Source of the DNA: Pyrinomonadaceae bacterium
GTDB lineage: Bacteria; Acidobacteriota; Blastocatellia; Pyrinomonadales; Pyrinomonadaceae
DNA: 51,490 nucleotides
Assembly: GCA_045807845.1 (NCBI GenBank)
Contig: JBJMGQ010000085.1
Location: 1-51,490, forward strand
Reading direction: 5' to 3'
Every line of letters begins with the position of its first letter. Positions within the stretch are counted from its first letter, which is position 1. The position numbers and the translations under genes were made by a program. Below the pieces are notes generated by a model. The model saw only the letters and a program-made list of their open reading frames with translations, was not told where the DNA came from and ran no database searches. Of the stretch, positions 1 to 8,540 are shown in pieces.

Positions 1-189
1 CACACGACCATGAAGAAGTAAACGTCCATGCGAACCTCGCCGCCGGTAGTTCAAGCGGCCTTACCCGCCCAGCACGAGAATTATGTAGGCGATGCCATCG
101 AACGCGTCCATTCTCGCCGAAGCAAGCATGGCGCGCATTTATATAACGGGAGCGCCGAAATTCGTGTAGAGAAAATTTCGCCGCAGTCC

Positions 190-894
190 TCAAGGGTTGA
201 CCGCCGCGTGAAGCGAGCGCCAAGACTGTCGGAGAAGTTCGTCTATCTTCCGCCAGTCCTCTTCGTTGACGCCGCCCTCGTCGGCTTTCGTGTCGCGAAT
301 CTCCATCGCCTCGGCGCGGAGGCGCGCGTGCTCTGCGAGCCGTTCGGCGGGGACGTGGAAGAGTTCTGACTGAAGTTCTGCGAGAGCGCGCGGGAGGTCT
401 TCGGGGGCGTGCGCGCGGCGCTCGCGGTGGACGATCCACCATTCGAGTTCGAGGCGCGCGGCGCGCTCCACGTCGAAGTCTGTGTCTGAGACGGCGCGGA
501 CGGACTGATAGAAGCTGACGAGGTCGGGCAGCGCGCGTTCGTAGTCGGCGCGGCTGTGGCCGTCCTTGAAGATGAAGGCGGCCTTCGCGGCGCGGTAGGC
601 GACGAGGTTCGAGCGCAGGAGCGGGAGGCGATACTGCGTGCGCAGAAGCTCCGACATCTCGCGGAAGAGCTTGACGCGCTGGCGCGAGTAGTAGGAGCGC
701 CACATCGCCGTCTCAAGCCGCGCCACCTCGTCGGCGTCGAACTCGCGCAGAGACGTGCGGCGCGGCCCGTAGAGGTCGTAGGCCGTCCACGCGAGCAGGA
801 GGATGACGGGAACCGCGCTGTACTTAATCCAACGCCTGCGGCGGCGCGGGCGCGCGGTCGAGACTTGGGGGACGGTGGTCGTAGAAGTCGTCAT
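190..894 (-). CDS. hypothetical membrane-anchored protein
   Basis: 234-aa ORF. The N-terminus RPRRRRRWIKYSAVPVILLLAWTAY looks like a signal anchor, followed by a helical soluble domain. No family recognised. Confidence 0.55.
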   Translation of the reverse strand: MTTSTTTVPQVSTARPRRRRRWIKYSAVPVILLLAWTAYDLYGPRRTSLREFDADEVARLETAMWRSYYSRQRVKLFREMSELLRTQYRLPLLRSNLVAYRAAKAAFIFKDGHSRADYERALPDLVSFYQSVRAVSDTDFDVERAARLELEWWIVHRERRAHAPEDLPRALAELQSELFHVPAERLAEHARLRAEAMEIRDTKADEGGVNEEDWRKIDELLRQSWRSLHAAVNP

Positions 895-916
895 CTTCTT
901 CTATCCTTGATAAGTA

Positions 917-995
917 ACGATGAAGGAGGAACGCTGAACGATGAACTGCAAGAGAGATGTTTTCAGTTCATCGTTCAGCGTTCGTCCTTCATCGT
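917..995. repeat. family A heptad-hairpin element, copy A1
   Basis: Arms ACGATGAAGGAGGAACGCTGAACGATGAACTG (917-948) and its complement (964-995), 31/32 paired. The right arm overlaps the cyclase stop codon. Confidence 0.9.
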
Positions 996-2935
996 TTTTT
1001 CACGCGCCAGAGTTCGAAGCATTCGTTGTCGAAGCCTTTGAGCATCGCTTCGGAGGGCTCGGCCATGAGGCCGCTTGAGGGGTCTGCGAGTAGCTCCAAG
1101 ACCTCGGGGTCGCGGCGCACGTCGTTGGTGATGACGCAGTCTTCGCCGGTCGAGAGCGGTTCGAGGCGCGCGGCGATGTTGACGTTCGAGCCGAAGTAGT
1201 CGAGCCGTTCGTTGAGCGTGACGGCGATGCAGGGGCCCGCGTGCAGGCCGGCCTTGACCGTGAGCGGGCGCATGCCCTCGGGCGGCGATGCGAGCGCCGC
1301 CTGCGCGCCCATGATGGCGCGCAGCGCAGGCGCGGGGCGCGGGAAGACGGCCATGATGGCGTCGCCCAAAGTCTTCACGATGGAGCCGCCCTCGGCCGCA
1401 ATCGCTTCGCGCAGCACGTCGAAGTGGCTCATCACGGCGCCGAAGGCCACGGCGTCGCCGATCTCTCGATAGAGGCGCGTCGAGTTGCGCAGGTCTGTGA
1501 AGAGGATGGTCATCTGGCCGACGTTGATGCGGTCGCCGGGGCGGAGCGCCTCCGCGGCGAAGAGGTCGCGGAAGAGTTGGAGCGCGGTGACCTCCGCGGC
1601 GGTCGCCGCCTGCCCGCCCCACGCCTCGCGCTCGATGCGGAAGAGACGTTCTTCGCCGGTGTCGTTCTGAAGCTTGATCGAAGGGTGCGTCGAGGCCGTC
1701 AACTCTTCTTCAACGTCGTCGGCGCAGAGCGTCAGCTCTTCCGAGCCGTTGGCCGAGACGAGGAGCGTGCGTGCGTCGTCGTTCGCGCCGGTGCGAAGTT
1801 GGTGGCGTCCCTCTTCGAGCAGCGGCGCGACCGTGCGCGTCTCGCCCGCGGGGACGAGTTGCTGGACGACGATGTGCGGCGTGACCTGCGGGCCGCCGAC
1901 GCAGAAGTCGCGCGCCTCGATGCGGCGGACGGATGGACTGGGGCGGAAGACGACCTCGACCGAGAGGTCGAAGGCGACGTTGAAGTCTATCTGGCAGGAG
2001 TCGCAGTGTTGTTCGGCGCGCACGTCTCGGAGGGCGGTGGCCGACTGCTGCGCGCCGCGGCAGATGGGGCAGAGCAGCTCCCAGCGCAAGTCGAGCAGCC
2101 CCGCGCGCGTCGCCCTCAGACACAGTTCGAGCACTTCGCGGCGCGACGCGCCCCACGCGTCTGCGAGCGCGTAAGGACGCAGGCGCGCGAGCGTCAATTC
2201 GTCGGCGGACTCGACCGTCTTGCAGAGTCGCGCGGCGAGCATGGCGTCGGCACCGTCGGCGACGAGCCTGCCAAGCAGCACGCCGAGCAGCGCGCGTGCG
2301 CTCGCGCCGAGTCTGTTTGCGCGGCCCGCTTCAACGGGCTGAGTCTGTTCGTCAAGGGCGAGCTGGTCGTAGCGGCGAAAGACTTCGGCGAACTTGCGCG
2401 CGCTGATGCGGCCGACCTGAAGGGGAATGACCGCGCGGCCGAGCGCGCCGCGTGGACGAACGCGCACGTCGTAGACGAGGCGCGTGCCGCCGCCCTCGCG
2501 CTCGGAGAGTTCGGCGGCGACGCGCATCTCCGAGACGGGCCCCGTCCGGTAGCGTCGCAACACGCCGAAGCGGAAAGGGCGCACCCACTCGAACGGCTCC
2601 TCCTCCCACTCGATGCCGACGCCGAGCTTCGAGAGCTTGAGACGACGGCGACCGAGGCCGTCGTTAACTTCGGTCGGGGCTTGCGTGGAGACATCGGGCA
2701 GGCCGGCGTCGCGGTTGAAGCGGTTCGTGTCGGAGACGAACGGCCAGAGCGCCCGCGGGCTCGCGCGCAGGTCGTACTCCCAGCGATAGTGGAACTCTCT
2801 CTTGCTCACGCCGCCCCGTCTCATGAATGGAAGATGTCGCGCCGCGCGATAGAAGGAGAGCCCCGGGACGCGCGCGCCCGACGGCGCAACATTCTTGACG
2901 CCGCGGCGCGGCGAGTCAACAAGTTTCTCGGTCAC
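989..2935 (-). CDS. class III adenylate/guanylate cyclase with an N-terminal SRPBCC-like domain and a Cys-rich middle region
   Basis: 648-aa ORF. The C-terminal domain has canonical class III motifs: ILFTDLRNST, VKTLGDAIMAVF, GLHAGPC, FGSNVNIAARLE. The middle region has CPICRG..CDSC. Confidence 0.85.
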   Translation of the reverse strand: MTEKLVDSPRRGVKNVAPSGARVPGLSFYRAARHLPFMRRGGVSKREFHYRWEYDLRASPRALWPFVSDTNRFNRDAGLPDVSTQAPTEVNDGLGRRRLKLSKLGVGIEWEEEPFEWVRPFRFGVLRRYRTGPVSEMRVAAELSEREGGGTRLVYDVRVRPRGALGRAVIPLQVGRISARKFAEVFRRYDQLALDEQTQPVEAGRANRLGASARALLGVLLGRLVADGADAMLAARLCKTVESADELTLARLRPYALADAWGASRREVLELCLRATRAGLLDLRWELLCPICRGAQQSATALRDVRAEQHCDSCQIDFNVAFDLSVEVVFRPSPSVRRIEARDFCVGGPQVTPHIVVQQLVPAGETRTVAPLLEEGRHQLRTGANDDARTLLVSANGSEELTLCADDVEEELTASTHPSIKLQNDTGEERLFRIEREAWGGQAATAAEVTALQLFRDLFAAEALRPGDRINVGQMTILFTDLRNSTRLYREIGDAVAFGAVMSHFDVLREAIAAEGGSIVKTLGDAIMAVFPRPAPALRAIMGAQAALASPPEGMRPLTVKAGLHAGPCIAVTLNERLDYFGSNVNIAARLEPLSTGEDCVITNDVRRDPEVLELLADPSSGLMAEPSEAMLKGFDNECFELWRVKKR

Positions 2936-3070
2936 GCGTTAAATTACGCGGCGCCGCGTGTGCGCGGATTTTTGGATTGAATAAGCGAGAAAAGTTGATG
3001 ACATCGGCGGCGCCATTTGCTACAAGTGTGGAAGCTGTACCAACGACCAAGCGAATAAGGAGAAAAGGGA

Positions 3071-3574
3071 ATGGCTTCCAAAAAGTCCTCGAAGAAGTCG
3101 TCAAAGAAGGACGACAAGGAGACCGCGAAGAAGGGTGGCGCCAAGGGCGGCGCGAAGAAGTCGGCCGGTAAGAAGTCGGGCGGCGGCGGTGGCGCGAAGA
3201 AGGCCGCGTCAAAGGGCGGCGCGAAGAAAGGCGGCGCTAAGAAAGGCGGCGCGAAGGGCGGAGCGTCCAAGGGCGGAGCCAAGAAGGGCGGCGGCGCCAA
3301 GAAAGGCGGAGCCAAGAAAGGCGGGGGCGCGAAGAAGGGTGGAGCAAAGAAGGGCGGGGCCAAGAAGGGTGGAGCGAAGAAAGGCGGCTCGAAGAAGGGC
3401 GGCGGCAAGTCGCTCGTCAGTAAAGCCAAGGAGATCGTGGGCGACGTGCTCGTCGGCGCGGGCGTCGGCGCGTTGCTTGGCGCGGTTAAGGGCGGCGTGG
3501 AACAGATTAATGAGAAGGCCGAAGACGCCGAGACTGAGCTTAAGGGAGACGACGATCAGGGCGGAAAGAAGTAA
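3071..3574 (+). CDS. Lys/Gly/Ala-repeat (KKGGA)n basic protein with a C-terminal glycine-zipper-like hydrophobic segment and an acidic tail
   Basis: 167-aa ORF preceded by AAGGAG 9-14 nt upstream. About 110 aa of (A)KKGG(A) repeats are followed by the non-repetitive IVGDVLVGAGVGALLGAVKGGV and then EKAEDAETELKGDDD. Confidence 0.7.
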   Translation: MASKKSSKKSSKKDDKETAKKGGAKGGAKKSAGKKSGGGGGAKKAASKGGAKKGGAKKGGAKGGASKGGAKKGGGAKKGGAKKGGGAKKGGAKKGGAKKGGAKKGGSKKGGGKSLVSKAKEIVGDVLVGAGVGALLGAVKGGVEQINEKAEDAETELKGDDDQGGKK

Positions 3575-3622
3575 AGGCGGAAGCCCGACCTTGAGGGAGG
3601 GCGCAAGGGAAGTAGGAAGTAG

Positions 3623-3677
3623 GAACGCGGAACGATGAGCTGAAAGCCCGAAGCCTTCAGTTCATCGTTCCGCGTTC
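3623..3677. repeat. family A heptad-hairpin element, copy A2
   Basis: GAACGCGGAACGATGAGCTGAA (3623-3644) pairs with TTCAGTTCATCGTTCCGCGTTC (3656-3677), 21/22. Preceded by GGAAGTA GGAAGTA heptads. Confidence 0.9.
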
Positions 3678-3691
3678 TGCGTTCATCGTTC

Positions 3692-3725
3692 GGCGGAAGC
3701 CCGACCGCGAGGGAGGGCTTCCGCC
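3692..3725. terminator. GC-rich hairpin between convergent genes
   Basis: GGCGGAAGCC (3692-3701) pairs with GGCTTCCGCC (3716-3725). Confidence 0.55.
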
Positions 3726-3735
3726 GGTGCCTTCC

Positions 3736-4125
3736 TTAGTCCTTCCGTCGTTTGAAGAAGAGAGCGGTGAGGGCGGAGCCGGGGGCGTTGGGGCGCGGGT
3801 CGGGACGGATGTCGAGCGGGCCTTCGCCGACCATCTCCCAGCCGTCGGCGCCGAGCTTCGCGATGGCCTTCGCGTAGGAGTTGCCGCCGAGTCCGGCCTC
3901 GATGGTCTCGGTCTTCACCCCCTCGTCTTTAAAGTATGTGATCCAAGCGAAGAGACGGGGCGTCGGGATGGCCTGCGACTTGATGACCGCGCAGTACTCC
4001 CATTGCAAATCGCGCCGGGGCTCGGCGGCGGCGGCGCGGGCCGCGAGCGAGCCGTAGAGGGCGTGCCCCGCGAGCACGGATGCGAGCGACAGGGCGACCG
4101 TCAAAAGGTAGTGCCTTCTGTTCAT
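3736..4125 (-). CDS. secreted small protein, possibly DUF4177-like
   Basis: 129-aa ORF with a signal-like N-terminus (LLTVALSLASVLAGHALYG). The WEY..KLGADGWEMVG pattern resembles DUF4177; this is from memory only. Confidence 0.55.
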   Translation of the reverse strand: MNRRHYLLTVALSLASVLAGHALYGSLAARAAAAEPRRDLQWEYCAVIKSQAIPTPRLFAWITYFKDEGVKTETIEAGLGGNSYAKAIAKLGADGWEMVGEGPLDIRPDPRPNAPGSALTALFFKRRKD

Positions 4126-4216
4126 GTCAACTCTCCTCGAAGAAAGTTACTGCGGGTTGGTATGCGTGTGTCGAAGTCGCGTGAGGCGAGCAGGCGGTGA
4201 AGGGAACGGGCGCGTT

Positions 4217-4648
4217 TCAGAGGCGCGAGGTGTTGCCCTTGTCTCGCGCGAGCAGCTTGGAGATGAGATTGCGCAGGCGGTCGAAGTCGATGGGCTTGGT
4301 CAGATAGCCGTTGAAGCCCGCGTCGAAGGCCGCCTGCCGGAAGCCGTCGGTGTCGAAGGCCGTGAGCGCGACGACGGGTACGTCCTTTAGCTCCGACTCC
4401 TCGCGGATGCGGCGCGTGGCGGCGAGCCCGTCCTGCTGCGGCATGGCGATGTCCATCAGGATGAGGTCGGGGTGCGCGAGCTTCGCCACGTTGAAAGCGT
4501 CGGCCCCGTTCGACGCGGTGACGACGCGGTAGCCCATGTCCTGAAGCGAGAGGCTGATGAGGATGATGTTGTCGCTCATATCATCCACGACCAGAATGGT
4601 CTCGCCGGTCTCGTTCTGCTGAGGCGCTTCAACGGTCATGTCGAGCAT
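4217..4648 (-). CDS. single-domain response regulator (CheY-like receiver)
   Basis: Motifs ILVVDDMSDN, DLILMDIAMPQQDG, ALTAF, YLTKP. Start trimmed to the ATG at 4648, which has GGAG about 10 nt upstream. The ATG at 4639 is also possible. Confidence 0.85.
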   Translation of the reverse strand: MLDMTVEAPQQNETGETILVVDDMSDNIILISLSLQDMGYRVVTASNGADAFNVAKLAHPDLILMDIAMPQQDGLAATRRIREESELKDVPVVALTAFDTDGFRQAAFDAGFNGYLTKPIDFDRLRNLISKLLARDKGNTSRL

Positions 4649-4696
4649 TATCCCCCACTCCTCTCGAAACACCCAAACCCTTAAACGACCGGCGCA

Positions 4697-4742
4697 CAAA
4701 AAAGCTGAGGCCCGGCTGCGCTCTCCCCTTCACAGCCGGGCC
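4697..4742 (-). terminator. rho-independent terminator (minus strand)
   Basis: On the minus strand, GGCCCGGCTG..CAGCCGGGCC is followed by TCAGCTTTTTTG. Confidence 0.75.
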
Positions 4743-4959
4743 CCGACTTTGTGGTTGCCGGCGCATCGGCACCGTAACCAGTCCCTTGCGAGACGCTATT
4801 AAGCTAAACAACCTGCGTGCCACGTCGGCGGCGGGTGATTGTATTTGAAGGGAGCAGGGTTTCCGGCCTTTTTCCTTCAGTCAGGCAGGGGCCTTCGGGC
4901 TCTGTGTCGTAAAGGGGTGACGAAATGGTTGACGGCCTTAACCAAATCGGGAGTGAGGG

Positions 4960-5886
4960 TCAGAGCATGTATGTCCAGCTCTGCTCGCCGTTCATGAGGA
5001 CGACGATGCGGACGCCCGCGGCCTTGAGCGCGCCGCGCAGGCGGCCGTTGCCGAGGAGTTGGTTGCCTGCCTCGCGCGTCAGCGTCGCGCCCGTGAGCGA
5101 GAGCGTCGCGCTCTGCGAGTCGCCGCTCAGTGCCGCGTGAACTCTGTACCCACGCGCCGCGAGGTCGCGGGTCACCTCTGCGACCGCATCGGTGCGCGAC
5201 GGCGCGGGCGCGTTCGGGAGTTGCGGCGCGGGCGGCTCGTTCGTCTGCGGGGGGACGGCGGTCGAAGGCTGCGCGTTGCCGCCGTCGGGCTGCGGCGCGG
5301 GCTGCCAGCTCGACGCGGAGTTGCCCGGGGGCGCGGGCACGGCGGCGGGCTGACCCGTCTGACCCGAGATGTTGCCGAGCAGCGCCGAGTGCGCCTGCGT
5401 CGAGGTGTTGCCCTGCGACTGCTCCGCCGGCCGTGTCTCCGTGGACTGCTTCTCAGATGGAGTGTTCGTCGGGAGGAGCGACTTGGGCTGTGCGGACTCG
5501 TTCGCCGTCTGTCGCGCCAGCTCGGGCGGGGCCTTTGCGCTCCGCTCGGTGCGGTAGGATTCGTACGTGATGCCGCCGACCATCCAGAGGCAGAGGAAGG
5601 TGGCGATTCCTGCCAGCGCCCAGACGGTCGAGACGTGCAGGCGCCCGACGACCGGGATGTCGTAAAAGACACGCACGGCATGCCCGCGCGCAGGCCCGCG
5701 TCCACGCGCGCGCCTGCGGTCGGCGACATAGATAAAGACCAGCACCCCGAGGATGCCCAAAGGGCCGCAGACCGCCCCCAGAAGGAGTCCCGGGAGGAAG
5801 CTCCGCCCGCGCTCCCTGAGCATCCAGCCCGTTATCAGGCCGGGCACCACCGCCCAGAAGAAGATGAGCAGAGCCGTTATCAACAT
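4960..5886 (-). CDS. hypothetical membrane protein with a Pro/Gln/Ala-rich linker
   Basis: 308-aa ORF with N-terminal TM helices, a long PAPQP-type low-complexity region and a small C-terminal globular part. No family recognised. Confidence 0.55.
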   Translation of the reverse strand: MLITALLIFFWAVVPGLITGWMLRERGRSFLPGLLLGAVCGPLGILGVLVFIYVADRRRARGRGPARGHAVRVFYDIPVVGRLHVSTVWALAGIATFLCLWMVGGITYESYRTERSAKAPPELARQTANESAQPKSLLPTNTPSEKQSTETRPAEQSQGNTSTQAHSALLGNISGQTGQPAAVPAPPGNSASSWQPAPQPDGGNAQPSTAVPPQTNEPPAPQLPNAPAPSRTDAVAEVTRDLAARGYRVHAALSGDSQSATLSLTGATLTREAGNQLLGNGRLRGALKAAGVRIVVLMNGEQSWTYML

Positions 5887-6036
5887 GTTCGCCCCGGGAA
5901 TCCCGCCTGTTCCTCCGAAAAAAGACTTAACAGTCCTCTTTTATCACAAACTCGCGCCATTTTTTGAGCCGATTTCATAACCAGAGGTTCGCCCGTCCAA
6001 TTTTCAACCGCGCTCGCAGGTAGTTCTGACCTGTTT

Positions 6037-6301
6037 CTCAAACGTTCGGGCTTTTTTCTCGAACGTTCGAGCTTTGAGCCTCGACTTTCCGACTTTTTTC
6101 CGAACGTTTGGGCTCCGAGACGGAAACTCCGAGCTTTTTTCTCCAACCTCCGAGAAAAAAGCTGAAAAGTCGAGTCTCAAAGCTCGAACGTTGAGGCTCA
6201 GAGTCGAAACGTCGGGGCTCCGAGCCTCAACTTTCCGTCTCCGAGCCTCAACGTCGGGGCTCGAATCTCGGTTTTCGACCTTCGAGCGGGTAGTTCGGGG
6301 A
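6037..6301. repeat. tract of about 12 degenerate 21-bp tandem repeats containing palindromic CTCGAACGTTCGAG-type cores; also folds as a long imperfect palindrome
   Basis: Clean register at 6176-6280: CTCAAAGCTCGAACGTTGAGG / CTCAGAGTCGAAACGTCGGGG / CTCCGAGCCTCAACTTTCCGT / CTCCGAGCCTCAACGTCGGGG / CTCGAATCTCGGTTTTCGACC. Arms 6058-6090 and 6164-6197 are complementary, with an inner hairpin at 6131-6164. Confidence 0.85.
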
Positions 6302-6670
6302 ACCGAGGGGCGGCGAAAGTGTCTGGTTTATCAGGGAAAACGGCCAATCTACGCCGGAGGCTGGAATATATGTGTAAATTATGCTATTTCTTCGGTTAGA
6401 GGGCTTCGGAATGGAGCGGCGCTAACAACCGGCGCGTAGTCTAACGCATCTCAGGGGCGTGTCCGTGTTTGAACCTCCCTTTAGAGCTTTCGCCGGACGG
6501 CGGCCGAGAGTACAACTGGAATACAACGTCAGACATCTAATGTCTCTCGCATCAATGGGTTAGTTGTATGCGGGTGGGGCGGCCGACGGCGTATGTTTAG
6601 AAACTTAAGTGTCCGAAGCCACGTATGAGACGCTTTCCGCGGCATAAGCGTCTGGACGGGGGGGCGAGAT

Positions 6671-8383
6671 TTGAGCGAGAAGATGAAGAAGCAGGGGTTG
6701 GATCTGTTGGAGACGGGCGGCGAAAAATTCTATGAGGGCTACGGCGAGGTTGTCTCGGGCGACCCGGTCTCCGAGCGCGACATCGACGACGTGCTCCAAA
6801 AACTCGAAGCAGCGACCATCGGTGCGGTCGAATCTGACGAGGAACTGATCTCGGAGGTCGCCTCCCTCGCCACCGACGTGGAAGAGGAAGGCACGCTCGA
6901 CGAGGTTGACGACCTCGACCTCTCGGCGGGAGAGGACGAGAAGTCGGCCGACCCCGTCCGCGTCTACCTGCGCCAGATGGGCACCGTGCCGCTTCTGACG
7001 CGCGAGCAGGAAGTCTCCATCTCGCAGCGCATCGAGCGCGGCCAGATCAAGACGCACAAGGCCATCTCGCGCTCGCCCATCGCGGTCAAGGAACTCATCC
7101 GCATCGGCGACGAGTTGCAGACGGGCGACTTGAGCATCCGCGACATCGTCAACTTCTCCGATCAGGCCGACGTGTCCGAGGCCGAGGACAAGGCCGACGA
7201 GTATTTGCAGTGGACGCTCGAAGGCGTCGAGAACATCCGCAAGCACTTCAAAGAGGGCTTGAAGGAGTGGGAGCGGCTCTCCGCCGAGCAGAAGCTGACG
7301 CGCGGCAAGCCGACGAAGAAGCTCCTGCGCCTCAAGCGCAAGGTCGCGCGCACGCGCCTCGAAATCTCGCAGGAGATTAAGAACCTTAACCTGAAGGAGT
7401 CGGCGCGGCTGCGTCTGATCGACGCCATCGGGCGAGCGCACAAAGAGGTGCGCTCAGCCGAGCGCGAGATCAAGAAGCTCTCCGACAAGCTCGAAAACAA
7501 GCGCATCAAGCCCGACGCCGAGAAGGAGTACAAGCGTCAACTCCTCGCGGCCAAGCGCCGCTTGAAGAAGGTCGAAGAGGAGCACAGCATCTCGTTCGTC
7601 GAGATTAAGCGCACCTACCAGTCCATCGTTGCGGGCGAGGCCGAGACGCAGGAGGCCAAGCGCGAGCTGACCGAAGCGAACCTTCGTCTCGTCGTCTCGA
7701 TTGCGAAGAAGTACACGAACCGCGGGCTTCAGTTCCTCGACCTGATTCAGGAAGGCAACATCGGTCTGATGAAGGCGGTGGACAAGTTCGAGTGGCGGCG
7801 CGGCTACAAGTTCTCGACCTATGCGACGTGGTGGATTCGGCAGGCCGTGACGCGCGCGATTGCGGATCAGGCGCGCACCATCCGCATCCCCGTCCACATG
7901 ATCGAGACCATCAACAAGCTCATCCGCACCTCCCGCGCGCTCGTGCAGGAGTTGGGGCGCGAGCCGACGACCGAAGAGATTGCGGCGAAGGTGGACATGC
8001 CGGTGCCGAAGGTGCGCAGCGTCTTCAAGCTCGCGCAGCAGCCCATCTCTTTGGAGACGCCGATTGGTGAGGAGGAGGACTCGCACCTCGGCGACTTCAT
8101 CGAGGACAAGTCGCGTGTGAGCCCCGCGGACTCGGTCGTCACGACCAACCTGCGGCAGGTGACGGACGCGGTGCTGGCGACTTTGAGCCCGCGCGAAGAG
8201 GTCGTCATCAAACTCCGCTATGGGCTCGGGCCCGCGGGCGAGGAGCACACGCTCGAAGAGGTCGGCAAGAACTTCGACGTGACGCGCGAGCGCATCCGGC
8301 AGATTGAGGCGAAGGCGCTCCGCAAGCTCCGCCACCCGTCGCGCGCGCGCCTGCTCAAGGCGTTCACCGACAGCTTGCAGTAA
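6671..8383 (+). CDS. rpoD: RNA polymerase primary sigma factor (sigma-70)
   Basis: 570 aa with regions 1.2 through 4.2: [68 protein letters not shown]. The start is TTG 6671 or ATG 6683. Confidence 0.95.
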   Translation: MSEKMKKQGLDLLETGGEKFYEGYGEVVSGDPVSERDIDDVLQKLEAATIGAVESDEELISEVASLATDVEEEGTLDEVDDLDLSAGEDEKSADPVRVYLRQMGTVPLLTREQEVSISQRIERGQIKTHKAISRSPIAVKELIRIGDELQTGDLSIRDIVNFSDQADVSEAEDKADEYLQWTLEGVENIRKHFKEGLKEWERLSAEQKLTRGKPTKKLLRLKRKVARTRLEISQEIKNLNLKESARLRLIDAIGRAHKEVRSAEREIKKLSDKLENKRIKPDAEKEYKRQLLAAKRRLKKVEEEHSISFVEIKRTYQSIVAGEAETQEAKRELTEANLRLVVSIAKKYTNRGLQFLDLIQEGNIGLMKAVDKFEWRRGYKFSTYATWWIRQAVTRAIADQARTIRIPVHMIETINKLIRTSRALVQELGREPTTEEIAAKVDMPVPKVRSVFKLAQQPISLETPIGEEEDSHLGDFIEDKSRVSPADSVVTTNLRQVTDAVLATLSPREEVVIKLRYGLGPAGEEHTLEEVGKNFDVTRERIRQIEAKALRKLRHPSRARLLKAFTDSLQ

Positions 8384-8405
8384 GCTGCTCACTTAAACGA
8401 CAAAC

Positions 8406-8460
8406 AGAGGCTTGCTCACTCCCTCTACTTGAGAGGAACCGGAGCAAGCCTCTTAACCTT
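8406..8460 (+). terminator. terminator-like hairpin after rpoD
   Basis: AGAGGCTTGCTC (8406-8417) pairs with GAGCAAGCCTCT (8442-8453), followed by TAACCTTTTG. Confidence 0.6.
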
Positions 8461-8540
8461 TTGCGGGCGAACTTGACGGGGGCGGGAGAAACGTACATCC
8501 TTCCACGGTCATCTCAATCAATTCAGGTTAACTCGGCAGA

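Noticed and set aside
1-140. On the minus strand, a possible 25-aa ORF (about 63-140, MRAMLASARMDAFDGIAYIILVLGG) and the first 9 codons of a membrane protein running off the left edge (start near 29, MDVYFFMVV).
   Set aside because: There is too little sequence to support any call. Resemblance to small subunits such as KdpF or CcoS-type peptides is only impressionistic.
1241-2980. Long antisense or alternate-frame ORFs overlapping well-supported genes (e.g. 1241-2980 +, 5059-5967 +, 7454-8392 -, 22295-23602 -, 24286-25842 -, 31533-32675 -, 37765-39405 -, 43784-45040 -, 49495-50997 -).
   Set aside because: They are typical high-GC shadow ORFs. Their translations are Arg/Ala/Pro/Gly-rich with no motifs, and the opposite or other frame carries unmistakable conserved proteins.
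2944-3429. 161-aa minus-strand ORF (PPFFAPPF repeats) opposite the KKGGA gene.
   Set aside because: It is a mirror image of the repeat. The plus-strand frame has an AAGGAG RBS and a non-repetitive C-terminal domain, so the plus strand was chosen.
4743-4959. Identification of this untranslated stretch as SRP RNA, 6S RNA or a c-di-GMP riboswitch.
   Set aside because: The conserved SRP domain IV sequence (..GGUCCGGAAGGAAGCAGC..) is absent, and the GEMM-like features do not line up. Only generic hairpins were seen.
5935-5950. DnaA-box-like TTATCACAA near the 21-bp repeats, suggesting a replication origin.
   Set aside because: It is a single imperfect match to TTATCCACA, there is no cluster of boxes, and there is no adjacent dnaA/dnaN. 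This is insufficient.
6018-6300. The 8-mer GGTAGTTC occurring on both sides of the 21-bp repeat tract (6020-6027 and 6290-6297) as a possible target duplication of a MITE.
   Set aside because: No terminal inverted repeats adjoin the 8-mers, and an 8-mer coincidence is plausible.
5880-6439. ORFs 6074-6439 (+) and 5880-6146 (-) across the 21-bp repeat tract.
   Set aside because: The translations are 7-aa periodic noise (e.g. LRLRVETSGLRASTFRLRASTSGLE), with no coding codon bias or RBS. The tract is better explained as non-coding repeats.
6400-6670. Possible tRNA or small RNA in the rpoD upstream region (local hairpins CAGACAT-cta-ATGTCTC and AGACGCTT..AAGCGTCT).
   Set aside because: There is no cloverleaf and no T-loop GTTCGAATC-type motif. 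It is most simply the rpoD promoter and 5' UTR.
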